From: an uncultured Saprospiraceae bacterium
GTDB lineage: Bacteria > Bacteroidota > Bacteroidia > Chitinophagales > Saprospiraceae
Direction of reading: 5' to 3'
DNA length: 46,418 nucleotides
NCBI GenBank assembly: GCA_964518915.1
Contig: CAZFJO010000002.1
Coordinates: 1-46,418 of the forward strand
The position numbers and the translations under genes are program-made. This document shows, piece by piece, positions 9,882 to 19,800 of this stretch. Positions within the stretch are counted from its first letter, which is position 1; each line of letters begins with the position of its first letter. Under the pieces are notes generated by a model. That model was not told where the DNA came from and searched no databases. It was given only the letters and a program-made list of their open reading frames with translations.

Positions 9882-12239
9882 ATGGAACTTCGTTTATTAA
9901 GGTCTACTATCATTATCGTAATATTGCTTTACTCTTTGTCAGGGTGGGCACAACCCACTGTATGTGATGTAGAGAATCCCGCCATGACTTCCACCTGTGT
10001 AGAAGCATGTCTTATCTGCGATATCGATGGATTTACAGGTAGACATGAAAGCGATGTACCTGGCACCCTTCCAGATGATTTCTGTACATTAATTGTACAC
10101 AATGCTCAGTGGATCGCTTTCCAAGCGGCTTCAACCGACTTAACCATACGACTATCTGTGTCCAATTGTGACTTAAATTTTGGCCTTGAGATGGGCATCT
10201 ATGCAGGTAATAATTGCGGTAACTTCAACTTGATTTCAGAATGTCGAGGACGTGCCACACCCGTCGCCCCAGGTAACTCATTTGATTTTACGAATAATGA
10301 ACCTCTGATTATAGGTCAGTATTATTACCTAGCGATGGATGGGAATAGGGGTGATAATTGTAATTGGACACTTGAAGTTCTGGAAGGATCTACCGAAATA
10401 CAACCTCTAGGTAGCACGCCTCCTATCGATGGATTTACTTCCATATGCCCTGGAGTAAATTATGCTTATTCTATAGAACCTTCTGAAGGTATGATACTAT
10501 TTGATTGGGAATTAAATGGGGAGCTTTTAAGCACAAGTGATGTTCCTAGTATAGATTTAATGATAGAAGATGAAGGTGTATACAATCTCTGCGTAACTGG
10601 AAAAAACATATGTGACGCCGCTGTTTCTTCTTGTGTCGTCATCAATGTTGACAATATTGAACCTACTATAATCATTGATCAGTTCTGTGCGGAAGAATGT
10701 TTCGAAATCGATGGAAGAGAATTCTGTGAAACGGGGAGTTACGATTATACACTCAACGCGGTAAATGGATGTGACAGTGTCATCTTGTTACAATTAACGA
10801 AACTGGCCCAACCCATCAATAATCTTGAATTAAATATCTGTGAATTAGATACCGTAAATATCGGAGGCGAAGCGTTCTCTAGTACCGGATTTTTTACCCT
10901 TAATCTCAAGGATGAAAATGAATGCGACAGCATTATAAATCTTGACTTAAATGTAATTATATGTAATATAGAATCTTCCTTCCTTGCATCGCAACCGTCT
11001 TGCTTCGGAGATCACAATGGTACAATTGAATTCTTCATTGACAATGGAACTCCACCGTTCACTTATACCTGGCAGCATCTAGACAATGGTATAACAGGGG
11101 CAGGATCTATAGAAAATCTAGGAGAGGCCATTACCATTCAAAGCCTTCCAAGTGGCACCGTCATTGTTGAAATAAATGATGATTTCGACAACTCCGAGGT
11201 TATCATAGCTACAATAACAGATCCCGATCCTTTATCTATAATGGGAGAAGTTTCTGACTTTAATGAATTTTCTATTTCTTGTCCTGATGCGGGTGATGGT
11301 TCTATATCAGTTGAACCAAGTGGAGGAACTGAACCATATAGTTATCTATGGTCACAAAACAGCGAAACCCCATTGATTGAAAATCTAGATTCTGGTTCTT
11401 ATACTGTTGTGGTTGTAGATGGAAATGGTTGTGTGGTACAAGAAACATTTCATCTCGCACCTCCCCTGCCATTACGTGCAGACATAAACTATATAGATCC
11501 ATTGTGTTCTGATATAAATTCTGGCACCATAACTATAGAAAACATCTCAGGAGGAATTCCTGGATATTCTTTACAATTAGATGGAAGCCCTACTTCAATC
11601 TCTCCTATTATTTCAGGGCTCAGCCCAGGAGAATATGCTCTTGAGATAATAGACCAGAATGGATGTACGCTTATTTCTTCAGACACCATTTTTCCCATCG
11701 CTATACCTGTTATTATGGGAGAAACTTTCTATGAAGTTTCTCTGGGAAATCAACTACAGCTATCTGCCACTGTTGATAACCCAGGGCCCTATCAAGTAGC
11801 GTGGAATACCATGGAAGTGTTAGATTGTAACTCATGTTTAAGTCCTAACTTAACCCCACTGAATTCTTCTATACTAGAATTACTGGTTACTTCTGAAGAC
11901 GGATGTATAGATACCTTATCTATACAGGTAGAGGTAGAAAAGCCGAGAGTATTCCATACACCTAATGTCTTTAGTCCTAATGGAGACGGCCTCAATGACT
12001 ACTTCGGAATAATCGGAAGTCTTGAAATCGAATCTTATGACCTTAATGTCTATGATAGATGGGGCAACCACGTCTTTCAAGCAACGGGATTAAACAGTCA
12101 AGAAATCACAACCAATGGATGGGATGGAACTTACGATAATTCGAAAGCAGCTACAGGGGTCTATGTGTGGGTAGCTGAGATATCATTTATAGATGGCTAT
12201 AAAGGCACTTTCTCTGGCGAAGTAGCAGTAATAAAATAA
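9882..12239 (+). CDS. Secreted SprB-repeat surface protein with T9SS type B (gliding-motility-associated) C-terminal sorting domain
   Basis: A signal peptide is followed by a Cys-rich N-terminal module. SprB-type repeats are present (SCFGDHNGTIEF..GTPPFTYTW; ISCPDAGDGSISVEPSGGTEPYSYLW; PLCSDINSGTITIENISGGIPGY). The C-terminus VFHTPNVFSPNGDGLNDYF...AATGVYVWV is typical of the type B CTD. Confidence 0.8.
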   Translation: MELRLLRSTIIIVILLYSLSGWAQPTVCDVENPAMTSTCVEACLICDIDGFTGRHESDVPGTLPDDFCTLIVHNAQWIAFQAASTDLTIRLSVSNCDLNFGLEMGIYAGNNCGNFNLISECRGRATPVAPGNSFDFTNNEPLIIGQYYYLAMDGNRGDNCNWTLEVLEGSTEIQPLGSTPPIDGFTSICPGVNYAYSIEPSEGMILFDWELNGELLSTSDVPSIDLMIEDEGVYNLCVTGKNICDAAVSSCVVINVDNIEPTIIIDQFCAEECFEIDGREFCETGSYDYTLNAVNGCDSVILLQLTKLAQPINNLELNICELDTVNIGGEAFSSTGFFTLNLKDENECDSIINLDLNVIICNIESSFLASQPSCFGDHNGTIEFFIDNGTPPFTYTWQHLDNGITGAGSIENLGEAITIQSLPSGTVIVEINDDFDNSEVIIATITDPDPLSIMGEVSDFNEFSISCPDAGDGSISVEPSGGTEPYSYLWSQNSETPLIENLDSGSYTVVVVDGNGCVVQETFHLAPPLPLRADINYIDPLCSDINSGTITIENISGGIPGYSLQLDGSPTSISPIISGLSPGEYALEIIDQNGCTLISSDTIFPIAIPVIMGETFYEVSLGNQLQLSATVDNPGPYQVAWNTMEVLDCNSCLSPNLTPLNSSILELLVTSEDGCIDTLSIQVEVEKPRVFHTPNVFSPNGDGLNDYFGIIGSLEIESYDLNVYDRWGNHVFQATGLNSQEITTNGWDGTYDNSKAATGVYVWVAEISFIDGYKGTFSGEVAVIK

Positions 12240-12264
12240 ATGAATTATAGATTATGGAATAAGC

Positions 12265-12972
12265 CTAGCGCTTACTTACTCGGAGGGATTTCATAACATT
12301 TCCGTTCCCATCGAATAGTCTCACGAGATAAAGACCTTTTCTTAAGCTTTCTATACTGTGCTGCTTGCCTGGAGTATGGCTATAGGTTTTTATCTTCTTA
12401 CCTGAGATATGATATAAAGCAATTTCCTTGACACCGCCATCATTTCTTATCTGAAAGAAATCTGAAGTAGGGTTAGGAAACAATGCTAGCTCTGGGTCTA
12501 CGCTTAAATTAAATGTAGAGGTAGAAGATGTAACTGTAAAGTTCTCAGATGGAATACTCAATAAGAGATTCGTCAATTCTGGATCGCTATATATCTCAAG
12601 TGTAACCGATGTCGAAGCCTCTACGCCTTCTGAGAAAAGATAAATCTGAAGATCATCTTTAGCCTCACCGGCTATGGTATTAGCTAATTCTGGATTACTC
12701 TGATCTTCGTTCTCAGCATAACACAATCTACTATCACAGATCTGAGTGAACCATTCTTGTGGAAACCCTTCGTCCTTTACGAACTTCCAGAAGTATGTAA
12801 CTTCCTCTGTTCCCTTATTCTCTATATCGAAGTTATAGGTGATCTGCTCTGTCTCTGGATCTCCTACAAGGTCTATTACCTCCGGGTCAAACATCAACTG
12901 ACCTGCAGACAAAGTCCAACAATAAAGAAAACATGTAGTAAGTAAATATCTCATCATAAAATATGATTCCAA
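12265..12972 (-). CDS. Hypothetical secreted protein with T9SS type A C-terminal domain
   Basis: The signal peptide suggests the real start is M6/M7 at 12957/12954. The C-terminus LFPNPTSDFFQI...GLYLVRLFDGNGNVM matches a Por_Secre_tail-type CTD. Confidence 0.7.
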   Translation of the reverse strand: MESYFMMRYLLTTCFLYCWTLSAGQLMFDPEVIDLVGDPETEQITYNFDIENKGTEEVTYFWKFVKDEGFPQEWFTQICDSRLCYAENEDQSNPELANTIAGEAKDDLQIYLFSEGVEASTSVTLEIYSDPELTNLLLSIPSENFTVTSSTSTFNLSVDPELALFPNPTSDFFQIRNDGGVKEIALYHISGKKIKTYSHTPGKQHSIESLRKGLYLVRLFDGNGNVMKSLRVSKR

Positions 12973-13248
12973 GGTTTCACTGTAAAAATAGGGTAGAAAT
13001 GTGTTAAGTTGTATGTTCAGACCGTTAAAATAATTTTAATAATCGCCTAGATGACACAATAAGGGTGTATTCCCTAAGCGTTATAAGTGGTTTTTTAGAT
13101 GAATACCCTTATTAAGTCTATAATAAAGTTCCGTCAATTTAAAGACAATGGGCTTAAAATATCTATATCTCTATAAACCATATGCGTGTGTTCTCCATTT
13201 TTACTTAGTTTTAAACATCAATAATTTCTGTACTGGAAAAACCAATGA

Positions 13249-14598
13249 ATGAATACTAAGCATATAGCCATTATCGGGAATGGTATAAGTGGAGTAACGG
13301 CAGCTCGCTTTATCCGGAAACTCAGTGATCATAGAATTACAATCATATCTTCTGAGACTCCACATTTTTATTCTCGTACTGCACTCATGTATATATACAT
13401 GGGACACATGAGGATGGAGGATACCAAGCCTTATGAAGATTGGTTCTGGGATAAGAATAAAATTGCTCTTGTTCAGGATCATGTAGAAAGTGTAGACTTT
13501 AATAAGAAAGAGCTTACCTTAAAGAAGGGCGATCCCTTGCAATACGATGATCTTATCATTGCTACGGGAAGTAAGAGTAACAAGTTTGGGTGGCCAGGAC
13601 AGGATCTAGAAGCAGTCGGAGGGTTATATACCCTCCAGGATGTAGATCGTATGGAGAAGTATAGCAAAGATTTAAACCGAGCAGTTATTGTCGGTGGAGG
13701 GTTAATCGGAATAGAAATGGCTGAGATGTTTCATGCTAGAGGTATTCCTGTAACCATTCTTGTAAGGGAATCTAATTACTGGAGTAATGTCCTTCCGCAT
13801 GAAGAATCGTCGATGATTTCTAAGCATATAAAAGACCACCACTTCGATCTTCGTTTAGAATCTAATCTTGAAGAAATTATAGATGATGGTTCTGGTAAGG
13901 CTTGCGCTGTAATCGTCAAGGAAACTGGTGAGCGTATAGATTGCGGTTTCGTCGGTCTTACTCCGGGTGTAAGCCCTAATGTTAACTTCCTGAAAGAAAC
14001 CGATCTTAAAGTAGAAAGAGGCGTTATCGTCAACGAATTCCTTGAGACCAACATCCCAGGTGTATACGCCATCGGAGATTGTGCGCAGCGATTCGAAGCC
14101 TTACCTGGAAGAAGGCCGATAGAGGCTGTCTGGTACACCGGTAAGATGATGGGTGAAACGGTAGCATACAATATCTGTGGTAAGAAAATAGCCTATGACC
14201 CCGGAATCTGGTTCAATTCTGCTAAGTTCATAGATATAGAATACCAGGTATACGGAGACGTGCTTTCTAAGCCTCCAGAAAACCACCAGAGCTTGTTCTG
14301 GATGCATGATGACCAGACTAAAAGTATAAGAATAGTATACGATAAAAACACCAACGAGGTTCTTGGGTTTAATCTTTTCGGTATACGGTACCGTCATGAA
14401 GTATGTGAGAAATGGATCCGCACTGGCACTTCTATAGAGACTGTTCTACAGAATCTTTCTCTGGCTAATTTCGATCCGGAGTTTTATAAAGAGTACGAAC
14501 AAGAACTGGTAGACATATACAATCAGCAGAATGGAACTGCCTTAAAATTAAAAGAGAAGAGAAGCCTCAGTCGCGTTCTTCAATTTCTAAGTCGATAA
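13249..14598 (+). CDS. NAD(P)/FAD-dependent pyridine nucleotide-disulfide-family oxidoreductase
   Basis: There are two Rossmann dinucleotide motifs: IAIIGNGISGVTAA (FAD) and AVIVGGGLIGIEMAE (NAD(P)H). The AIGDCA motif is also present. Confidence 0.85.
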   Translation: MNTKHIAIIGNGISGVTAARFIRKLSDHRITIISSETPHFYSRTALMYIYMGHMRMEDTKPYEDWFWDKNKIALVQDHVESVDFNKKELTLKKGDPLQYDDLIIATGSKSNKFGWPGQDLEAVGGLYTLQDVDRMEKYSKDLNRAVIVGGGLIGIEMAEMFHARGIPVTILVRESNYWSNVLPHEESSMISKHIKDHHFDLRLESNLEEIIDDGSGKACAVIVKETGERIDCGFVGLTPGVSPNVNFLKETDLKVERGVIVNEFLETNIPGVYAIGDCAQRFEALPGRRPIEAVWYTGKMMGETVAYNICGKKIAYDPGIWFNSAKFIDIEYQVYGDVLSKPPENHQSLFWMHDDQTKSIRIVYDKNTNEVLGFNLFGIRYRHEVCEKWIRTGTSIETVLQNLSLANFDPEFYKEYEQELVDIYNQQNGTALKLKEKRSLSRVLQFLSR

Positions 14599-14611
14599 AT
14601 AAAAAAATTAG

Positions 14612-16402
14612 ATGCACATCATACAGAAAATAGGACTTGCCATATTCGTTATTGCCTTAGCTATATTTACCATATCTCTAGGTTTAGGAGGCTATACGAT
14701 GACTGCTGATATTCCGATCGAAAATACGTATCACAGTCAGGCATTTGCGGAAGCGGCACAGGAAAGTGGATTAATCGGAAAAGAATATAGTAACAGTTTT
14801 AGTTACGTTTCTGCGTTAAAAGAAAATTTAAAATCTGCGCAAGCTTCGCTGCTTGCGTCCGCAGAAAATGGCTTGCCGGAAGGTGTGTCAGAATGGGATT
14901 ACAAGCTCGGTGATTGGAAGGTAAAAGATTACGTCAGCAGCTTAGTTATGAAGACAGGTCACGGACCAGTTCAATCTAATCCCTTGTTGTTTTTATTCTT
15001 GACTGTAGGCCTAGGATTAATAGGAGGACTGCTTTATATATTGCCTCTTTTCAATCTTATCCCTGGAATCAAGCACAATCAGATATACCACAACTCACTG
15101 ACAAGAGGGCTTAAGTTGCCGTTCAGAGCAACCATCTTAGGAGCTACCATAGTAGGATTGTTGCTATATGGTGTCAGCTATATGGGCAGCCAGTGGTTCT
15201 GGCCCGCAATAACAGCCTTAATCATAGGGGCTATAACCTTTCTTGTTTTTTTCAAGGACGGATCTATACGCAGAACGCCACAGCGATCCGCTTCTCCTGA
15301 AACTACAGGATGGATAGGCTTGATATTCGGTTTATATCTTATTGCGTTTTATATCCTACTGTACTGGGCGCCTGTATATATCTCTAACTGGATACATATG
15401 GTTAATCCAGTTTCGAAGGCCATCAGTGGCAACGATGCCAGCCAGTGGTTCTTATACGGTTTCTTGTATACCATAGTTATTCTTGTCATGGGTGTCCGTA
15501 TGATATCTAAGTATCGGCACAACAACTATCAGATAATAAGAACATTATCCGTTATGTTTTTTCAGACAGCCATAGCATTTCTACTTCCAGAAATCCTCGT
15601 GCGTCTTAATCAACCTTACTTCGATTTTAAAAATATCTGGCCACTTAATTATACCTTCTTTTTCGATTGGAATTTAGAAAACTTGATGAATGGAGGTGGA
15701 CTAGGAATTTTCATGCTTGTATGGGGAATTGCTTTAATCATTATAGCTGTTCCTGTTTTCGTGTATTTCTTCGGAAAACGATGGTATTGCAGTTGGGTCT
15801 GCGGTTGCGGTGGACTAGCTGAAACCCTAGGTGACCCTTATCGTCAATTGTCTGATAAGAGCTTACGTGCATGGAAGTATGAAAGATATATTATCCATGG
15901 AGTACTTGTATTTTCAGTAGTCATGACCCTCATGGTTCTGTACGCTTACTTTTCTGGAAATAGGCAGATATTCTTTTTCAACAGTGATACTGTACGTACC
16001 TGGTACGGCTTCTTAATCGGTTCGGCATTCGCTGGAGTTGTAGGAACTGGTTTCTACCCACTGATGGGTAATCGTGTCTGGTGCCGATTCGGTTGTCCAC
16101 TCGCAGCATACTTAGGTCTTGTACAACGATTTAAATCCAGATTCAGAATTACGACCAATGGATCTCAGTGTATTTCTTGTGGAAATTGCTCTACTTATTG
16201 TGAGATGGGCATTGACGTGCGGTGGTACGCACAGCGTGGACAGGATATCGTACGATCCTCTTGTGTAGGATGTGGCGTCTGCTCGGCAGTATGTCCTCGT
16301 GGAGTACTCAGATTAGAAAACGGGAGCACAGACAATGCACAACGAGCTGATGCTACTAGAGCCATTCATATTTCTGCGGATGATGTAGGAATATTGATGT
16401 AG
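14612..16402 (+). CDS. Polytopic membrane polyferredoxin (NapH/MauN/YccM-like 4Fe-4S binding protein)
   Basis: There are roughly 10 hydrophobic segments. Membrane-proximal Cys motifs are CSWVCGCGG and CRFGCP. Two classical ferredoxin motifs follow: CISCGNCSTYCE and CVGCGVCSAVCP. The start is 13 nt after the oxidoreductase stop. Confidence 0.8.
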   Translation: MHIIQKIGLAIFVIALAIFTISLGLGGYTMTADIPIENTYHSQAFAEAAQESGLIGKEYSNSFSYVSALKENLKSAQASLLASAENGLPEGVSEWDYKLGDWKVKDYVSSLVMKTGHGPVQSNPLLFLFLTVGLGLIGGLLYILPLFNLIPGIKHNQIYHNSLTRGLKLPFRATILGATIVGLLLYGVSYMGSQWFWPAITALIIGAITFLVFFKDGSIRRTPQRSASPETTGWIGLIFGLYLIAFYILLYWAPVYISNWIHMVNPVSKAISGNDASQWFLYGFLYTIVILVMGVRMISKYRHNNYQIIRTLSVMFFQTAIAFLLPEILVRLNQPYFDFKNIWPLNYTFFFDWNLENLMNGGGLGIFMLVWGIALIIIAVPVFVYFFGKRWYCSWVCGCGGLAETLGDPYRQLSDKSLRAWKYERYIIHGVLVFSVVMTLMVLYAYFSGNRQIFFFNSDTVRTWYGFLIGSAFAGVVGTGFYPLMGNRVWCRFGCPLAAYLGLVQRFKSRFRITTNGSQCISCGNCSTYCEMGIDVRWYAQRGQDIVRSSCVGCGVCSAVCPRGVLRLENGSTDNAQRADATRAIHISADDVGILM

Positions 16403-16753
16403 TTAGAATTTCATCTCGACACGAGACTTTCTTACGGGTCCGCCTAGTTTAGGATTTAATTTTTCCAGGATAACCTTACCGCTGGTTACGTTATCTAGCT
16501 CGTTTTTCATCCTCATAATGATGTTGTATACAACCGTTTCAAGCAACTTCTGGGTATGTTCCATTTCAGACTTACAGATCTGATATATTGTCTCATAATT
16601 TACGGTGTCATAGATGTTGTCATCATTACTGTCGAAGGATTTTAACTCTACTTCCGCGTATAAAATAAAGTTATTCCCGCTTTTTCTTTCTTCATCATAA
16701 AAGCCATGATAAGCATAAAATTCAGCTCCTTCTATCGATACTGTTGTCTTCAT
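16403..16753 (-). CDS. folB: Dihydroneopterin aldolase
   Basis: Length is 116 aa. The N-terminus ..IEGAEFYAYHGFYDEER and the overall length and pattern fit FolB. Confidence 0.8.
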   Translation of the reverse strand: MKTTVSIEGAEFYAYHGFYDEERKSGNNFILYAEVELKSFDSNDDNIYDTVNYETIYQICKSEMEHTQKLLETVVYNIIMRMKNELDNVTSGKVILEKLNPKLGGPVRKSRVEMKF

Positions 16754-16844
16754 ATTTCTAATTTAAGCGGTTGTAATTAAGATGCGAGTATAACTATTAT
16801 GGTGGTATTATCCATGTAGCTTATCCTGAAATCTATAAACTACA

Positions 16845-16872
16845 ATGGCCTTCTTATTCCTAAGAAGGCCAT
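16845..16872 (-). terminator. Hairpin terminator downstream of the large T9SS gene
   Basis: A perfect 12-bp stem (ATGGCCTTCTTA / TAAGAAGGCCAT) has a 4-nt loop. It starts 28 nt past the stop at 16900 and is followed on the minus strand by TGTAGTTTAT. Confidence 0.5.
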
Positions 16873-16899
16873 CATTCACTTTAAAGCTCCATTATATCT

Positions 16900-19800
16900 T
16901 TATCTTAATAAGATCATTTTCTTCGTGACTTTATGGTTGGTGGTTGATATCGTATAATACAGTACTCCACTGGCACCTTCTAGTTCTTCTCGTGCGATGG
17001 TAATGGTATTCATTCCCTCTTCATTAAGCATAACTTTATTGATGATATTCCGACCTTGTGCATCAGATATAGAGAAAAGAACTTCTCCAGATTCTGGAAG
17101 GCTATAATGTATCATCGTATGATCACTGAATGGGTTAGGTGTATTCTGCTCTACGGCAAATGTTTCTATGCCCTCTTCTTCCCACTGGAAAGAAATATCT
17201 ACTCGTTCTAGTTGTGCGTTGTAGGCAACTGCTTGTGTTACTGTAGAACCAAAATCTATGACCTCACTCAACTTTCCAGATTTTAAGGCAACGAATTCTA
17301 ACTCCATCAATGTAGAAGAAGATGGTACATCTACTCCCTCTAGATGAGTCCAAGCCAAGGTAACATGATCTCCTTCTCCTTCAACAAGAGCTATCTGTTC
17401 TGGGGTCACTTCCAGGGCTTCCGGAATATGTCGTACATATCTTATCTTATCCCCATCCATACTGGCAGTCCACTGCCAAGCAATAATATCTATTGATTGT
17501 TCAGCTGTAAGGGTCAATTTAATCTTCTCTCCTGCCTGAACAGACCTATCCTTAATGCTTATAGTAAGGTCCTCATGGGAGCGTGTCTCAACGTCGGTGC
17601 GGGTCAACTTCTCTTCTACAGAGTGATTTACATCACCTATTTTTATACCCATAAAATTATTGCCTATGGCATCCGCAGTGAGATCACTGATGTACGCTCC
17701 TTCTGAAAATGGCCATGGCTGCTCATCTGTATGAATCCCATGACGCTCTTCTACGAATCTCCATGAATTATTCTCAGGAAAATTATCATAAACACCTAAG
17801 ATCATTTTTCTCAATTGAAGAAGATCCATCGCGGTAACTTTCTCATCGTTGTTAATATCAGAGGCCAGCATTTTATATGGAGAATCCAGATCTGCTATTC
17901 CTAATATATGTTGCTGGATTATTACAAGGTCCAAGGTAGAAACACCATCCATAGGGCTTACGTCTTTCGTAGGAATGATTTCATAGTCGTATTTCTTTTC
18001 TAAATCATCGAATGCATATGCACCATCCTTATCCGTCATCACGTACAATTCCATCTCCGGGCCAGATAGGTTAATCTGCGCTTCCTTGAGTGGTATTCCA
18101 GTTGCCGTTCTTACCTCTCCGGAAATTGATGCACGGGTCACCGGCGCATCATCTCCACTACCACTTCCTGAATCAGGACAGATCGATAGTGGATCTTGAA
18201 TATCAACTTGAGTCTGACAGAAGGACTGGTTGCCTACTTCATCCGTCACCCACATATCTACTTCTTGCACTCCTATTTCATCACAAGTAAACGTACTATC
18301 TAGGTGGGTAACATCTGCAGAGAAAGAAAAAATAAGGTCCTTCGATTCAGTACAGTTATCGTTACTCTTATTGTTAAAATCTGAAGCCCATATACTGATA
18401 AGTCCGTCGTCATTAAGTGATGCAGCCAGACCATTGATACATATCGGAGTCGGTGTCTCACATTCCTTTACCGTTAATAATTGCGGCGCTATTGTTTCAT
18501 TCCCACATCTATCTTCTGCGATCCAGTGGATCAAGTGTATTCCTAGCGGCAAGTCTTCTGTAAATTCATTTCCTACATCCTCTATATCGAAACTGCCATC
18601 GCCATCGTTTCCGATATCGATCTTAAACTTATATGCTATGTCCAGAGAATCTGTGCAGTCATCATTAGCCGTTACGAAAGCAGAAACAATTCCTCCACAT
18701 GTATTTCCCGCTGTACATTTTTCAATCTCAGAATCGAAGTCTACGAATTGCGGAGCTACATTATTTTCTAGCGTTATATATTGCTTGTCTTCCCATATTC
18801 CAGCACGGGTATCTCTATCGTACGTACACCAGTCGATTACCTTCCACGTTCTTTCTATAACTACACATCCAGAAGTAGGATCATCGAATATCAAGTCCGT
18901 CATAGATGGTGCCACTCTAGAGCATCCATCATCATCCATCAGTATAGGCACCCCTGTATCAGCAGGGTCAGGTGCTACATCCACACAAGCTACAATGGCT
19001 GTATCACGTGGCCAGATTATATTGGCCTCAGTAAATGGAGTTATATCAACTATACTGATCCGCTGTGTATCAATTATAAAAGACATCGGATCGTTCTCTA
19101 TATTCAGTGGGTCACTGAAAGAAAATATCCTCAAGAGATCTCCTGTATTACAATCTGTTCTGTTGTCCACTAAGGTCACCGTCATATCTACATTTTCAGG
19201 ACAATTGTCTATATACATCCCATCCTGACATGTTATAGAAGAACATAAGAAACCATCATCCATTATATCTATGGATTCTACATCTAAAGCATCCATTACA
19301 TACTTACCGAAATCACTGAGATCTTCAAGATCTAAATCATATGCACAACTTACAGTTATATCCGGAAGCTCATTCATAATCTGTGGAAGGGAATTATCTC
19401 CTATGGTTGCCGATACTGAGGCGCTATTGACGTTGCCACTTCTATCTGTAACGATTACCATCATATCAACCGTAGTCCCTACATCCGCACAACAGAATTG
19501 TACATCATCACTCGGGTCTAGATTAGGTTCGTAATCACATGGATCAGTCATTCTCATAATCTGGATCGTAAAATCTGTATCACAGTTATCATCAATATTT
19601 AATACGAAATCCTCCGCATCCTTATTGAATGTTGAAGATCCGAGACTGATGTTTAGTGAATTAGTAGTTATGGAAGGAGACTCCGTATCCTGAACAATTA
19701 CAGTATCGATAGCCAGCGTTTCATTACCTAGTGTGTCTTCTACTGAATAAGTATATTCGATAATCTCTGGGTCAAATCCTCCGTCCGACACCTCTGAAAC

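Noticed and set aside
18230-19228. A 332-aa ORF on the plus strand inside the large minus-strand T9SS gene, with further antisense ORFs at 18781..19173 and 17497..17706.
   Set aside because: It is Ser/Ile-rich and low in complexity, with no recognisable motifs. It is fully antisense to a gene with clear domain architecture. A long open antisense frame is expected from the D/E/T/N-rich codon usage of the sense gene.
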